From Octopus vulgaris (lineage: Eukaryota): 64,000 nucleotides of DNA. The DNA lies in contig OX597837.1 of the NCBI GenBank assembly GCA_951406725.2, positions 21,390,001-21,454,000 on the forward strand, given 5' to 3'. The position numbers and the translations under genes were made by a program. Below are positions 51,760 through 64,000 of this stretch, piece after piece; the stretch's first letter is position 1; each line of letters starts with the position of its first letter. The notes under the pieces were generated by a model, which did not search any database, had not been told where the DNA came from, and saw only the letters and a list, made by a program, of their open reading frames with translations.

Positions 51760-52633
51760 TGAGTGAGTGTGCATGCATGCGTGCACGTGCATAGACACAC
51801 ATAATGTATGTGTGTGTGTGGGTATATATTTATGTGTGTATGTGTATATATATATATGTATATATATCTGCTGGTGGCTATTTCTGACTACTGTATTTAC
51901 TTACCAGTTCCATCATGTAACACTGTACTGCTATGCATTTCTGTCAAATCTATGCAAATCAATTTCTCTCTTTCACTTTGTACGTGTGTGTGTGTCTGTA
52001 CACCTACTTATATATATATATATATATATGAGAGAGATAGGTGAGGAGGCGCAAATGTATGCATCTGCACATACGCTGCTCTTCTCTCAGATTTCTTAAG
52101 CAAAATACCTTGATGGTTAAACTGCACTTAACCATACAAGATCATTTCCTTGGGAGTCTTTCTCCTTACTACTTTCATTAGTGCCTCAACTTTACTTTTT
52201 CAAAAATTCTTCAAAGTAATATAACCTGTTTTCTACTCTCTCTCTCTCTCTTTAAACTATTTTATCAACTCTATCCATAGTAAACAACTGTTTTTAGTTT
52301 AGTACAAATGTTCAGCTCTCTAAATTTGTTTTTATCACTTAGCTTTTTCCTCACCTCATTCTTTCCCTGACATCTATCTATCTATCTATCTATGTCTCTC
52401 TTTCTATGCCTCTCACATTCTCCTCTTTCTGCCACTCTCACATTTTCTCTCTCTCTCTCTCATACACTTTCCCTCCCTCTCTTTTCTTATTCTTTCCCTC
52501 CCTCTATTTTCTTACCAATTTCCCAAGCTGGTTGGTTCCTACTTCAGTTGGCATTAACATGATGTTCTGATTGCTATTTGTGTTCACTGAACGTCCATGC
52601 TGTCTCTCCTTCCCTCCTCTCTCTCTCTCTTTT

Positions 52634-52681
<48 letters not shown>

Positions 52682-52851
52682 ACACACATTCACTGTCTCC
52701 CATTCTCCCTTCTCTCTTCCCCATTTCCACCATCACCACTACTACTGTTGCTGCCATAGCAACCACCAATCCTACTGATAGCTGTAGCACTGTTTAGTGA
52801 GTACAGCTTCAGTGTGTGTGTGTGTATTTATGTGTATGTATTTGCATTTGT

Positions 52852-52886
<35 letters not shown>

Positions 52887-53312
52887 GAGAGAGAGAGAGA
52901 GAGAGAAAGAGAAAGAGAAGTAGAGCCAGTGACTTGAAAATATGATGTCTGCAGTCACCAGCATTTCTTCTCTCTTTCTCTCTTCCATTCTCTTTCTCTC
53001 CACCTCATCTACCCTCCCCTCCCCACTTTTATATGTCCTACTCTTCTGCCTGTCTTTCTGACTGTCTGGCTGCCTGCCTGCCTCTTGTCTTACTCCCTCT
53101 CTACCTCTCTACCTGACTGTGCCCCCCTCTCTCTCCGCTCTCTCTCTCTCTATCTATCTGTTTGTCTATTTAGCTATCTGGCTATCTTTCTCCTACCACT
53201 CTTCTTAGCTGACTGTCACCTCATTGATTTCAAGAGTGGTTGTGTTATGTCCAGAGGCTGTTAGTTATTATGGCTGACCTCTTCACTCAGCACATTACTA
53301 CACACATATGCA

Positions 53313-53373
<61 letters not shown>

Positions 53374-53840
53374 CACATGTGCCTGCACAGACTCACAACT
53401 AGACATAGGCACTCACACGCGCACGCACGCACGCGCATGCATGTATGCACGAACTCCCTCTCACTCACTTTCTCTCCAGGCACTTGTGTCCCTTTCACAA
53501 TTGATAGCAGTCAATGCATTTCCTCTTTCTCAGCTCTTAAATATTGCAGCTGGGAGACTTTGTAGTAATATTGATGACTGCAATGATGATGATGATGATG
53601 ATGATGATAGAAATGTTGGCTCCCTTTGTACATGCACACATACACACATGTATATACATACATACACATATACACAGTTTTATCACTGATCATTTATTTT
53701 ATTTTTATGATGATGATGAATGATGATTTCTTTGACAAAGACAGAAATGATCTTTTAATTGAATTTTAATTATTTGTTACCTTCCAAAATCAGAATGGAC
53801 TAATGGGGCACTGTATAAGTGTGTGTGTGTGTGTGTGTTG
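51760..53840. repeat. Microsatellite-rich block ((CA)n, (CT)n, (GA)n, (GAT)n) with short unique islands and no SINEs
   Basis: Directly visible, e.g. (CA)n at ~53315-53370 and (CT)n at ~52617-52673. Confidence 0.85.
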
Positions 53841-54215
53841 TGAAAGAGAGAGTGGTTACAGTTGACTTAAGACTTGTATTTTCAAGATATTCTTTTATTT
53901 TATTCTTCTTAATTTTAGTTTTATCCAGGACTGTTTACCAGGTGTTGCTGTGAGCTACAGTGTGTGTAATCTGGTTCCAATTTATCAGAGAATTCCTATT
54001 CCAAAGCCCTTTCACAGCACCTTGTATACAAAAACAACACACATGCACCACAGGTTATCTCTTTTCATCTGTAAACTGGATTTGAACCCCAGTGGTGTAT
54101 GCTATTGTCAGTTACATAGTGTTTCCATCTGCCAGCTTTCACCAACAAACAATAAACTGTCTCCTGTTTTCTGAACATCTCTATGGAATCTATTTGACAG
54201 CTGGGTGGAGTACCC

Positions 54216-54428
54216 CTCTTTTACTCTTTTACTTGTTTCAGTCATTTGACTGTGGCCATGCTGGAGCACCGCCTTTAGTCGAGCAAATCAACCCCAGGAC
54301 TTATTCTTTGTAAGCCTAGTACTTATTCTATCTGTCTATTTTGACGAACCGCTAAGTTACAGGGACGTAAACATACCAGCATCGGTTGTCAAGCGATGTT
54401 GGGGGGACAAACATATACACACACACAT

Positions 54429-54459
<31 letters not shown>

Positions 54460-54642
54460 TACATATATATATACATATATACGAAGGGCTTCTTTCAGTT
54501 TCCGTCTACCAAATCCACTCACAAGGCTTTGGTCAGCCTGAGGCTATAGAAGACACTCACCCAAGGTGCCATGCAGTGGGACTGAACCCAGAACCATGTG
54601 GTTCATAAGCAAGCTATTTACCACACAGCCACTCCTACACCT
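54216..54642 (-). mobile_element. SINE family A, full-length minus-strand copy
   Basis: Reverse complement of the 30985-31408 type over its full length. Confidence 0.85.
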
Positions 54643-54650
54643 GTGGAATT

Positions 54651-54882
54651 TTAACCCTTTAGCATTCAGGTTACTCTGTTAAATGTTATGTTTATTTATT
54701 CATAATGTTTTGGATTAATTATGCATTAATTATCTTGTAACTTCAAGATTTTAATGATGTGATTGTTTATTTCTGCAGTGACATTGTAGGTTGGATGTGA
54801 GAGGCCACATATGGCCAGTTTGAACATACAATAGGGAGAATGTATGGGCTGGATATGACTGGTTTAGATACTAAAGGGTTAA
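54651..54882. mobile_element. TTAA-flanked MITE family E, ~225 bp; other copies at 2866-3093, ~3550-3775, ~7926-8457 (split), ~23925-24153, 24380-24599, ~33950-34195, ~37188-37390, 43280-43734, 43778-44010, 58529-58750 plus partials
   Basis: TTAA|CCCTTTAGCATT...AATGCTAAAGGG|TTAA consensus termini and a shared internal sequence. Confidence 0.85.
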
Positions 54883-56552
54883 CCCCCAACTCTCTCAACT
54901 TGCCAACATTTGAACCAGTAACTCTTTGTCACCCTAATTGTCTGTAGTTATTTAATTACGTTAATTTATAAACTGACTGGATTTTTTTTCTTTTTCTTTT
55001 TTTTCTTCTATCTCTGGCAATATAAGAAACGAGAGTTGGTATGCAAGTCATTAGTGTGTACATAGTGCAAGGCAACATGTATACAGAGAGGTTTTATTTA
55101 TGTGTCTGCATGCGTGTGTGCATGTACTTGAGTGTGGGTGTGTGTGGCATTTCTGGCAGATTGACAAGCAGCCAGTGCTTGAAACGTAGCAGATGTACAA
55201 GAGTTTATTGGCTGAGGAGGCAGTTGAAACCTCTCACTTGTGATATTTTTTTCATGTTTCAACATTAAAACAAGTGATAAACACGTGGTCTTAGTATCAT
55301 CAGTTACAAGTCTGTTGCTCTTTCATTTCAAATCATTAGAGCTCGTAATATCTAATGTAGAATTATCATCATCATCATCATCATCGTTTAACGTTCGTTT
55401 TCCGCGCTAGCACGGGTTGGACGGTTCGACCGGAGTCTGGGAAGCCAGGGGCTGCACCAGGACTCCAGTCTGATCTGGCAGTGTTTCTACAGCTGGATGC
55501 CCTTCCTAACGCCAACCACTCCGCGAGTGTAGTGGGTGCTTTTTACGTGCCACTGGCACAGGTGCCAGGGGAGTCTGGCATCGGCCACAATCGGTTGGTG
55601 CTTTTAACGTGCCACCGGCACAGAAGCCAATCAAGGCGGCGCTGGCATCAGCCACGTTCGGATGGTGCTTTTTATGTGTCACCTATCTAACGTAGAATTA
55701 TATATTTAAAAAATTGTTTCAAAGGTGCAGGCATAGCCATGTGGTTGGGAAGCTTGCTTTCCAAACCACATGGTTCTGGGTTCAGTCCCACTATGTGGCA
55801 CCTTAGGCCAATGTCTTCAACTATAGCCTCAGACTGACCAAAGCCTTGTGAGTGGATTTGGTAGATGGAAACTGAAAGAAGCCTATCGTATGCATATGTC
55901 TACATCTATGTGTGTGTGCGCATTTGTGTCTGTGTTTGTTTCTATCTCTGCTTGACAGCCGGTATTGGTGTGTCTATGTCCCCGTTACTTAGCGGTTCAG
56001 CAAAAGAGATTGATAGAATAAGTACTAGGTTTAAAAAATAAGTTCTGAAGTTGATTTGTTTGGCTAAAACCTCTCAAGGTGATGCTCCAGCATGGCTGCA
56101 GTCAAATGACTGAAACAAGCAAAAGAATAAAAGAAATAGTCACGGGCATGATTGCGTGGTTTAGGAAACTCGCATTGCAACCACTTGATTTCAAATTCAG
56201 TCCCCACTGTGCAACACTTTGGGCAGGTGTCTTTTGCTATTGCACTAGGGTGAGGTCAACTTCACCTTTTATCCATTTAAAGGTTGATAGAACAAGAACC
56301 AGTTGAATACTGGAGGTTTCTGTTGATGTTGTTGCTTAACTCCAAATCAACCCTTATGCTTCGTGAGTGGATTTTGTAGACAGAAACTGGAACAAGCCCA
56401 TCGTGCATGTATGTGTGGGTGTTTGCCCCCACCCCCTACTTAGCAGTTTGGCAAGAGAGACTTGATAGAATAATTACTAGGCTGACAAAGAATAAATCCT
56501 GGGATCAATTTCTCCAACTAAATTCTTTGAAGTCAGTACTCCAGCATGGCCG

Positions 56553-56953
56553 TTCATCATCATCGTTTAGCGTCCGCTTTCCATGCTGGCATGGGTTGGA
56601 TGGTTCAACTGGGGTCTGGGAAGCCAGAAGGCTGCACCAGGCCCAGTCTGATCTGGCAATGTTTCTATGGATGGATGCCCTTCCTAATGCCAACCACTCT
56701 GTGAGTGTAGTGGGTGCTTTTTACGTGCCACCGGCAGAGGTGCCAGATGAGGCTGGCAAACAGCCACGATCGGATGGTGCTTTTTACGTGCCACCGGCAC
56801 AGAGGCCAGGCCAGGCTGGCAACGGCCACGATCAGATGTTTCTTTTTACGTGCCACCGGTACTGCGGCCAGTCGGGGCGGCGCTGGCAACGGCCATGTTC
56901 AGATGGTTCTTTTATGTGTCACCGGCACTGGTATCACAGCTACAATTTCCATT
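56553..56953 (-). mobile_element. Retroposon family C with (GAT)n tail and a variable internal ~62-67 bp tandem unit; copies also at ~55365-55684, 57696-58021 (opposite strand), ~9405-9665, ~20513-20785 and others
   Basis: Shared catcatcgtttaacgtccgctttccatgc...ctggatgcccttcctaa(c/t)gccaaccac block followed by repeated ttttacgtgccaccggcac units. Confidence 0.75.
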
Positions 56954-59860
56954 GAGTAAAAAGAATTTATGAAGAGGCACCTAACTGGAAAAATCATTAC
57001 TGTGCCCAGACAAAGTACTTGGCATCATTTTTTGTGACTCTTTGCGATCTGAGTTCAAATGCCACCAAGGTCAACATTGTTTGTCTTCCTTTCAGGGTCA
57101 ATAGAGGAAATACCATTTGTAGTCAACTTAACCCTCTCCTCTAAAATTGCTGGCATTGTACCAAAATTTAGAAAGAATTAATAACGAAGGAAACTATATA
57201 TTTCCTCAACCAACTAGAAATAGCAGCCAAATCTCTTTCATAACACATATGATCTTTAAGAAAAGGAAGCACACATGATCTGGGAGACATTTGGCAGTTG
57301 TTTTTAGTAGCATGACTGCATGGAGGTTCCCATGTTGGCTGTGCCTGATCAGGCTGATATCGGATCAAAGGTTTTCCAGCTCTGTCTTTTCTTTTTTTTC
57401 TCTAGTCCATACACTACATTATCTGATTCTTTTACTTGTTTCAGTCATCAGGCTGCAGTCATGCTGGAGCACCTCCTTGAAGTAGTCTCGTTGAATGAAT
57501 TTACCCTGGTACTTAGTTTCTTTTTAGCCTGGTACTTATTCTATTGGTTTCTTTTGCCCAACTGCTAAGTTACAGGGACATAAACATACCAGCACTGGTT
57601 GTTAAGTGGTGGTGGTGGTGGTGGTGGTGGGCCAGCACAGACATAAAGATACATAGATACATGCACACATGGACTTCTTTCAGTTTCTGTCTATCATACC
57701 AGTGCCGGTGGTACGTAAGAGAACCATCTGAACGTGGCTGTTGCCAGCGCCACCCCGACTGGCCTCATGCCGGTGGCACGTAAAAAGCACCATCCGATTG
57801 TGGCCGTTGCCAGCCTCGTCTGGCACCTTTTTCGGTGGCACGTAAAAAGCACCCACTACACTCACAGAGTGGTTGGCGTTAGGAAGGGCATCCAGCCGTA
57901 GAAACATTGCCAGATCAGACTGGGCCTGGTGCAGCCTTCTGGCTTCCCAGACCCCAGTTCAACCGTCCAACCCATGCTAGCATGGAAAGCGGACGCTAAA
58001 CGAAGATGATGATAATGATGACATCTACCCACAAAATTTTGGATGGCCTTAAGCTATAGTAAAAGACACTTGCTGAAGGTGTCATGCAGTGGGACTGAAC
58101 CCTGAACCATGCAGTTGGAAAGCAAATGCAGATTTGGCTGTTACAGCTCGGAAGTCAAACAATTGCACAGGGCAAGGACCAGTAACTTCCTTTTGTAATA
58201 GTCTACTGTTAATCTTCTTTTTTTCCGTAACATTTGCCTATTGTGCATATGTATATTATATATTGATTTCAAATTTGGGCATGGGGCTAAGTCAGTTAAA
58301 TCCATCTACCAAATCCACTCACAAAACTTTGGAACCATGTGGTTGGTAAGCAAGTTACTTACCACAGCCACTCCTGTGCCTATGTATGGGAGAAAAAAAT
58401 TATATTCAGGTTACACTGCAGCACACCTAGCATCGTCTTGTGCCACACCGGTTGTGGGAGCACTACTCTTGATACATATAATAGCAAAAATAAAATTGTG
58501 ATGCTAAAACCCATCAGCTGCAAATATTTTAACCTTTTGGCATTCAAACCAGCCATATCAAATATTCTTCCTGTTTTATGCTCAAACCAGCCACATCTGG
58601 CCTCTTATACTTACCCTACAATGTCATTCTAAAAGTAAACATTCACATCATTGACATTGTGCAGATACAAGATAATGCATGATTAATTTAAAACAATGAG
58701 AATAAATAAAGATTATATTTGACATAATGATCTGAAAGCTAAAGAGTTAAAGCCACAAATATTTTAAGTCGCACAAAATTCTCTAGTGAAGGTCTGAAGC
58801 CCACAGAGAAACAGATCCCCTCGTCAGTATCAACATGTAGAATAAATGGTTAAGAGCTGGTTGTTAACTTTGGATATTACTCATCATAGAGGAAAACTAA
58901 GAACTAAGAGATATAAACCACTGCTTTTGTTTCAATTAATTTTTTTACTGCTACTATCACTTCGTTGGGTACCACGATGAGGGTTCCAGTTGACCCAATC
59001 TATGGAACAACCTACTCAGGAAATTAAGATGCTAGTGGTCGAGTACTCCACAGACACACATACCCTTAATGTAGTTATCAGGGAGATTCAGCATGACACA
59101 ATGTGACATGGCTGACCCTTTGAATTACCAGTACGACTCCTTTTCCCTTATGATTGTGAGCTGAAAGCCCTAACTATAAGCCATGCACTGAATTTAGCAA
59201 AATAACTTCCTTGTTGTTAAACTGGGGTCTGGAACGAATTAGCATAAAATTTTGGTGGAAGATTATAATTTAGACCATTTTAATCTTTTGGCACTTAAAT
59301 CAGCCATATCTGGCCCAAATTATTCAGCTTGGTGTATAAACTACCCAGATCTGGCCTCTCACACCTATTCTACAGTGTCACTCTAAACAAACAATCACAT
59401 TATTAAAATCTCAAAACCATGAGATACAGCAACACACACACACACACGTGTGTGTGTGTGTGTATGTATATATATTCTTTTAATTTTGTTGTTACTTCTA
59501 CTCTTGTCACTATTATTGTTGTTGACATTGCTTTTGGTCAGTAATATATCTTTCTAGGGAATTCCTAGAATTTTGTGACCGGCTTCATCAGTAACCTTTT
59601 CATTTTTTTTTTCTATTTATTTTTCTTCTTTGTTCTTAAGAAAACCAACTTCAAGCAACTTTGTATAGACCAATTTTTAAGCCCTAATTTCTAAACCTGC
59701 GAATAGTAAGTAGGTGGGCATTGCCAACCAGCACCCCATTATTACCCCAAAGTCTGGTACTTGTTTTGTTGGTCTTTCCTGTTGAGCCACTAAGCTAAGT
59801 GCATGTAAACAAACCAACACTGGTTGTCAAACAGGGGCAGGGACAAACACAAAGGCACAC

Positions 59861-59924
<64 letters not shown>

Positions 59925-60886
59925 GACAGGCTTCCAAAAGTTTCCGTCTGCTAATTTCACTCACAAGGCATTGGCTGGGGTGAAGCTTACCCAAGATGCC
60001 TCACAGTGGGACTGAACCTTAAAACATGTTTGTAAAGTGAGCTTCTTTAACCACACAGCCATGCCTGAGCTTATTAGCAAAAACTCCATTAAGTTACATT
60101 GCGGAATCAATTTTGCATATTCAGTAAGTTCAAAACAAATTGCATCAGACTGGTACCTCAAAATACTATCTCTCAGCTCAGAATAATTTGCAGTTATTAA
60201 AAAAACAACAACAGCAACCATTAGAATTGATATATTTTTGCCAGTGAGAAACAGATCTACTTATTTGTGTGACATAGACTTCTGAAGTCCAGGAACCAGT
60301 GGATTCTTGTAAAGTGTTTTGAGCTATTGTTTGATTGTCAAAGACCTTCTTTAGGACAAAGGTCAAGAAATATGGTAGTTGGTTCAAGAGAGGTCAAAGG
60401 AGAAAGCTGGGTGTTAGTATATTCAATTTCTGCAATCATTTACAAAACATGGTCAGCATCATGGAGAAAAATTGGTCTTTTAATTGACAAATGCTTGATG
60501 ACAACCAATTAGTGACTTTTTTTATGTAGCTTTGGTTTGGGAAAGTGTTTTAGTTATTCACTTTCTCTCAGCCCCTGTGCAGAATGCCATCAGCCATTCT
60601 ATAGATGCCATCTGTTACCACATACCTGAATGCTGTTAACCCCTTGGCATCTCAACTGACCATTTCTGGCCTAAATATTCTACCTGTTTTATATGTTCAA
60701 CCAGCCAGTCCAGTCTCCCTCATCTATTGCAAAATCTCATCCTAAAAATAAACAATCACATTGAAATCTTGAAGATATTGGTAATGCATGATTAATTCAG
60801 AACAATCATGAATATATCAGAAATATTAAATTTCTAAATATCTCATAGAGATATGTATGGTGGTGGGGCGATAGAATGGTTGTATA

Positions 60887-61115
60887 CTGTCAATTTAACG
60901 TGACAGTAGGGGATTACACCACCGCTGTTTAGCCCTAGGAAGCATCGACACCTCCTGATGGCTTTGACACATTTTTTTCCTGTGTCCTTATATATTTACG
61001 TAAATGTATATAAGGACACAGGAAAAAAAATGTGTCGAAGCCATCAGGAGGTGTCGATGCTTCCTAGGGCTAAACAGCGGTGGTGTAATCCCCTACTGTC
61101 ACGTTAAATTGACAG
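60887..61115. repeat. 229-bp near-perfect spacerless palindrome (probable foldback MITE)
   Basis: Arms of 113 and 116 bp centred on tttac|gtaaa at 60999/61000. They differ by one substitution and two small indels. Confidence 0.92.
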
Positions 61116-61120
61116 AATAA

Positions 61121-61640
61121 CACTGTGTAGCACAAATTTTGTTTTTGGGCAGCAGCTGCTGTTATTTCCTATTTGCTTATCCCTAGAAAGCATGAAAAAT
61201 GGCTAATATCTCCTTCAAACTTTGCTTTTCTTACATCTATTCAAACCCCAAAGAATCCCTCTCAACACATGGCTATGATGCTCCCCCTTTACTCCTGCTC
61301 ACTGTGTAACACGATTTTTGTCCTTGGGTAGTAACTGTTATTTCCTATTTGTTTACCCCTAGAAACTATAAAAAAATGGCTAATATTCCCTTCAAACTTT
61401 GCTTTTGCTATGTTTATTCAAAACAGAAAGAATCCCTCAACACATGGCTATGATGCTCCCCCTTTACTCCTGCTCACTGTGTAACATGATTTTTGTCCTT
61501 GGGTAGTAACTGTTATTTCCTATTTGCTTATCCCTAGAAAGTATGAAAAATGGCTAATATTTCCTTCAAGTTCTGCTTTTCTTACATCTATTCAAACCCC
61601 AAAGAATCCCTCTCGGCACATAGCTATGATACTCCCCTCA
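61121..61640. repeat. Tandem repeat, 3 copies of a ~175-179 bp unit
   Basis: Units start at 61121, 61300 and 61475 (cactgtgta...). Part of the unit matches the dispersed repeat at ~13880-13930 and ~14175-14235. Confidence 0.9.
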
Positions 61641-62139
61641 TGATCAGAGATGAACATATTGTCAGCCACTAAGGGACAACCTCTTGGTTAAAGTCAAGCA
61701 GCTGACAAGCAAATCTGTGGTACTGAACAGAATATTTGCTATAACGATATTTCTGCTTCAGCAACTCAGTGCTGAATCTGTCTGAAATGTAATGGAAAAT
61801 AGGTCAGTTTCAAAACATTGATGCCCTGGTCACAAAAGTAGTTTGAAGGGAACAACTGTGATTTTCTTTGATTTCTAGATAGAAAGAAATAGGAAATAAC
61901 ACTTACTGACCAAAGACAGAAAATACGTTTTTTTAAATTTTATTACATAGTGTAATCTGAAAGGTAAAGGGTTAAAAAAGGGGATTACTTTTATTGCACA
62001 AAACATGGGCAGGCTTCAGAATAATGATTTCTTTCTTCTTCTTCTTTTTTTTTTTCGTATGGCCAATACATTTATTGAGCCGATTTAAGTTTCTGTTGTA
62101 GTGGAAATGTAACAACTCTTGAATGGTCTTCTGTTTTTT

Positions 62140-62607
62140 TACATATCTTCTGTTACTTTTCATTGTTTTGCATGGGTCCCCTTCGATGATGGCCTTCATT
62201 TAATTTTTGTCAATTGCAGAAGGCCATTCACAATCTTCATCTTCAAACCCCTCATCTCCCCTATGAAATTTTGGAACCAATGTTGAACTGTCTTTCTATT
62301 GGTAGTCCCTTGTCCAAATGTTTGGTTTGATATTGTGAGCATTTTTCTGCCAATGCCAGTTTACATTTTGTTTTAAAATTCAAACAATAAAATCACTAGA
62401 ATTTTTTCCCCCTTATCTTTCACTTGACAGCCTAAAATAAAACAAGAATAAATAGTAAAAGCAAAAACCATTAGCATAAATCAATAGACTGAAGTCTGCA
62501 CTTCAGAATGGTTATATTACATAAACACAGTTAAATAAAGGTTTATTTGAAAATACGCATCAAAATTTAAATAACAAAACCACAGTTATTTTTGCACCAA
62601 TTATTAT
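62140..62607 (-). mobile_element. Mariner (Hsmar1-like) transposon remnant, 5' part
   Basis: The minus strand gives frameshifted NQTFGQGTTNRKTVQHWFQ/RGDEGFEDED...AID...MKAIIEGDPCKT, resembling the mariner transposase HTH. TIR-like cacagttatttttgcaccaa lies at 62581-62600. Confidence 0.7.
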
Positions 62608-64000
62608 AAACGATCATGCTTAAAAGAAGCTTTTATGTAGATGTATGTGATGTGAATGCATGTGTGTGTATGTGAGAGAGAAGATAATTTATTGATATAT
62701 AATAGGGAACTCTTTGAAGATACGGATTAAAATATTTATCAATGAGCTAGAGCAACCTGTTGTATGTTTTTGTATTTAGTTTTCTGTCAGATTTTTGATT
62801 GAAGACATGCAAGTTTTGCTTTTAAATCTATCTCTGTGGTCCTCACTTGATATCCAACTACCAACCCCACCCATCAACATAATGGTTGCTTGGCCTGCTA
62901 GAAACAGAAGTCAAATTAATTAGACTTTCATTTTAAAGTCTTGAAAAAAGAAGAGCACATTGGATAATATGTATACCTAGATGTACTATGCCTAGGGCAG
63001 GAGAAGAGAAATAGGCATGCCCGGAATTCTTTTGATCATAGGTCTTCTGCTCAATCAGAGTTGACCTGAGATTAAAGAACAGCGGAGAACACTTGCTGAC
63101 CAAAGATTTCATTGTTAAGCTATGATAAATTGAAAGAATATGTTTATAGTTTAAGGTAAATAAAGTAATTTCTTTTATCTATAAGTACCCAGTGCATTGT
63201 GGATTTACCACTGACTTTGAGCTATTTGATCACATTAGTCTATCATAGTGAAACTGGTTGTTTAATCCTAGGTCAGCCTCAATCATTGAGATCTATGATC
63301 AAGTTCATTCCACTTATGACCATCCAAGTTTTTTTTTCCTCCCCGGATATATGTGGCTGCATTATCTAAGGCAGCGGATCTTAAACTTTAGTGGTAACAT
63401 CTCCTTTGTCTTTTGTGAGCTCTCAGGGCTGTTGTAAATGTTAATGGAATAGTATGAAAGAGCCCTGGGTAGAGGTAGAAATAAAATTTTTAACCAAATA
63501 ATAATTAAAAATTAAATATTAGCAGTGGAGGTGATATTATTATCTGAAAAATGGGCAAAGGCTAGCAACAGGAAGTGCATTTGACCATAAAATCCCACTT
63601 TAGAATCAATCCCTTTCCTAGGCATGCTGACATGGTAAAATAGATAAAAGATTTATCATAGGGTCCACTAGTCCATGCACATAACTAAAATGAAGTTCAT
63701 GTAGGGTTGGATAGTATAAGGCAATGTGAATAATGAACCAGGTATGGCTGTGTGTGGTAAGAAGCTTGCTTCCCAACCACATGGTTCCAGCTTCAATCCC
63801 ACTTCGTGGCACCTTAAGTGAGTGTCTTTTATTATAGCCTTGGGCTGACCAAAGCCTTGTAAGTGGATTTGGTAGATGGAAACTGATAGAATAAGTACGA
63901 AACTTCAGAAAAAAGTACTGGGGTCAGTTTGTCCAACTAAAGATTCTTCAAGACGGTACCCCAAAATGGCCAGTCTAATGACTGAAACAAGTAAAAGATA

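Noticed and set aside
56700-56953. CRISPR-like repeat/spacer appearance of the gtgccaccggcac units
   Set aside because: The spacers are homologous to each other, the unit sits inside a dispersed eukaryotic retroposon, and there are no cas genes.
56407-56959. 182-aa ORF, the longest in the track
   Set aside because: It is a read-through of SINE A and family C tandem units with no protein motif.
46369-64000. REV3L exon 3 (expected to begin PFYGYH-like)
   Set aside because: Not found by eye. It is probably beyond the window, though a short exon could have been missed; tblastn would settle it.

Overview
AT-rich, repeat-dense animal genomic DNA. The SINE/MITE/microsatellite landscape is consistent with an octopus (coleoid cephalopod); this is inferred, not proven. 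The only host protein-coding signal is the 5' end of REV3L (DNA polymerase zeta catalytic subunit) on the + strand: coding exon 1 (CDS 20335-20458), a ~25.7 kb phase-1 intron and coding exon 2 (46182-46368). I could not find exon 3, so intron 2 probably runs past the window end. The rest is mostly several tRNA-derived SINE families, two TTAA-flanked MITE families, Tigger, mariner, hAT and Helitron remnants, fragments of RTE, R4/Dong-like, CR1-like and Penelope retrotransposons, a U6 pseudogene and simple repeats. Points of most interest: a Penelope insertion with a minimal hammerhead ribozyme, an RTE copy with a 5' inversion next to a SINE sharing its 3' tail, several long foldback structures, a REV3L uORF, and a TE-free intronic island with competing stems next to a candidate poison exon. 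Nearly all ORFs in the supplied track are spurious. I found no evidence of a prokaryote-type or multi-gene novel system.
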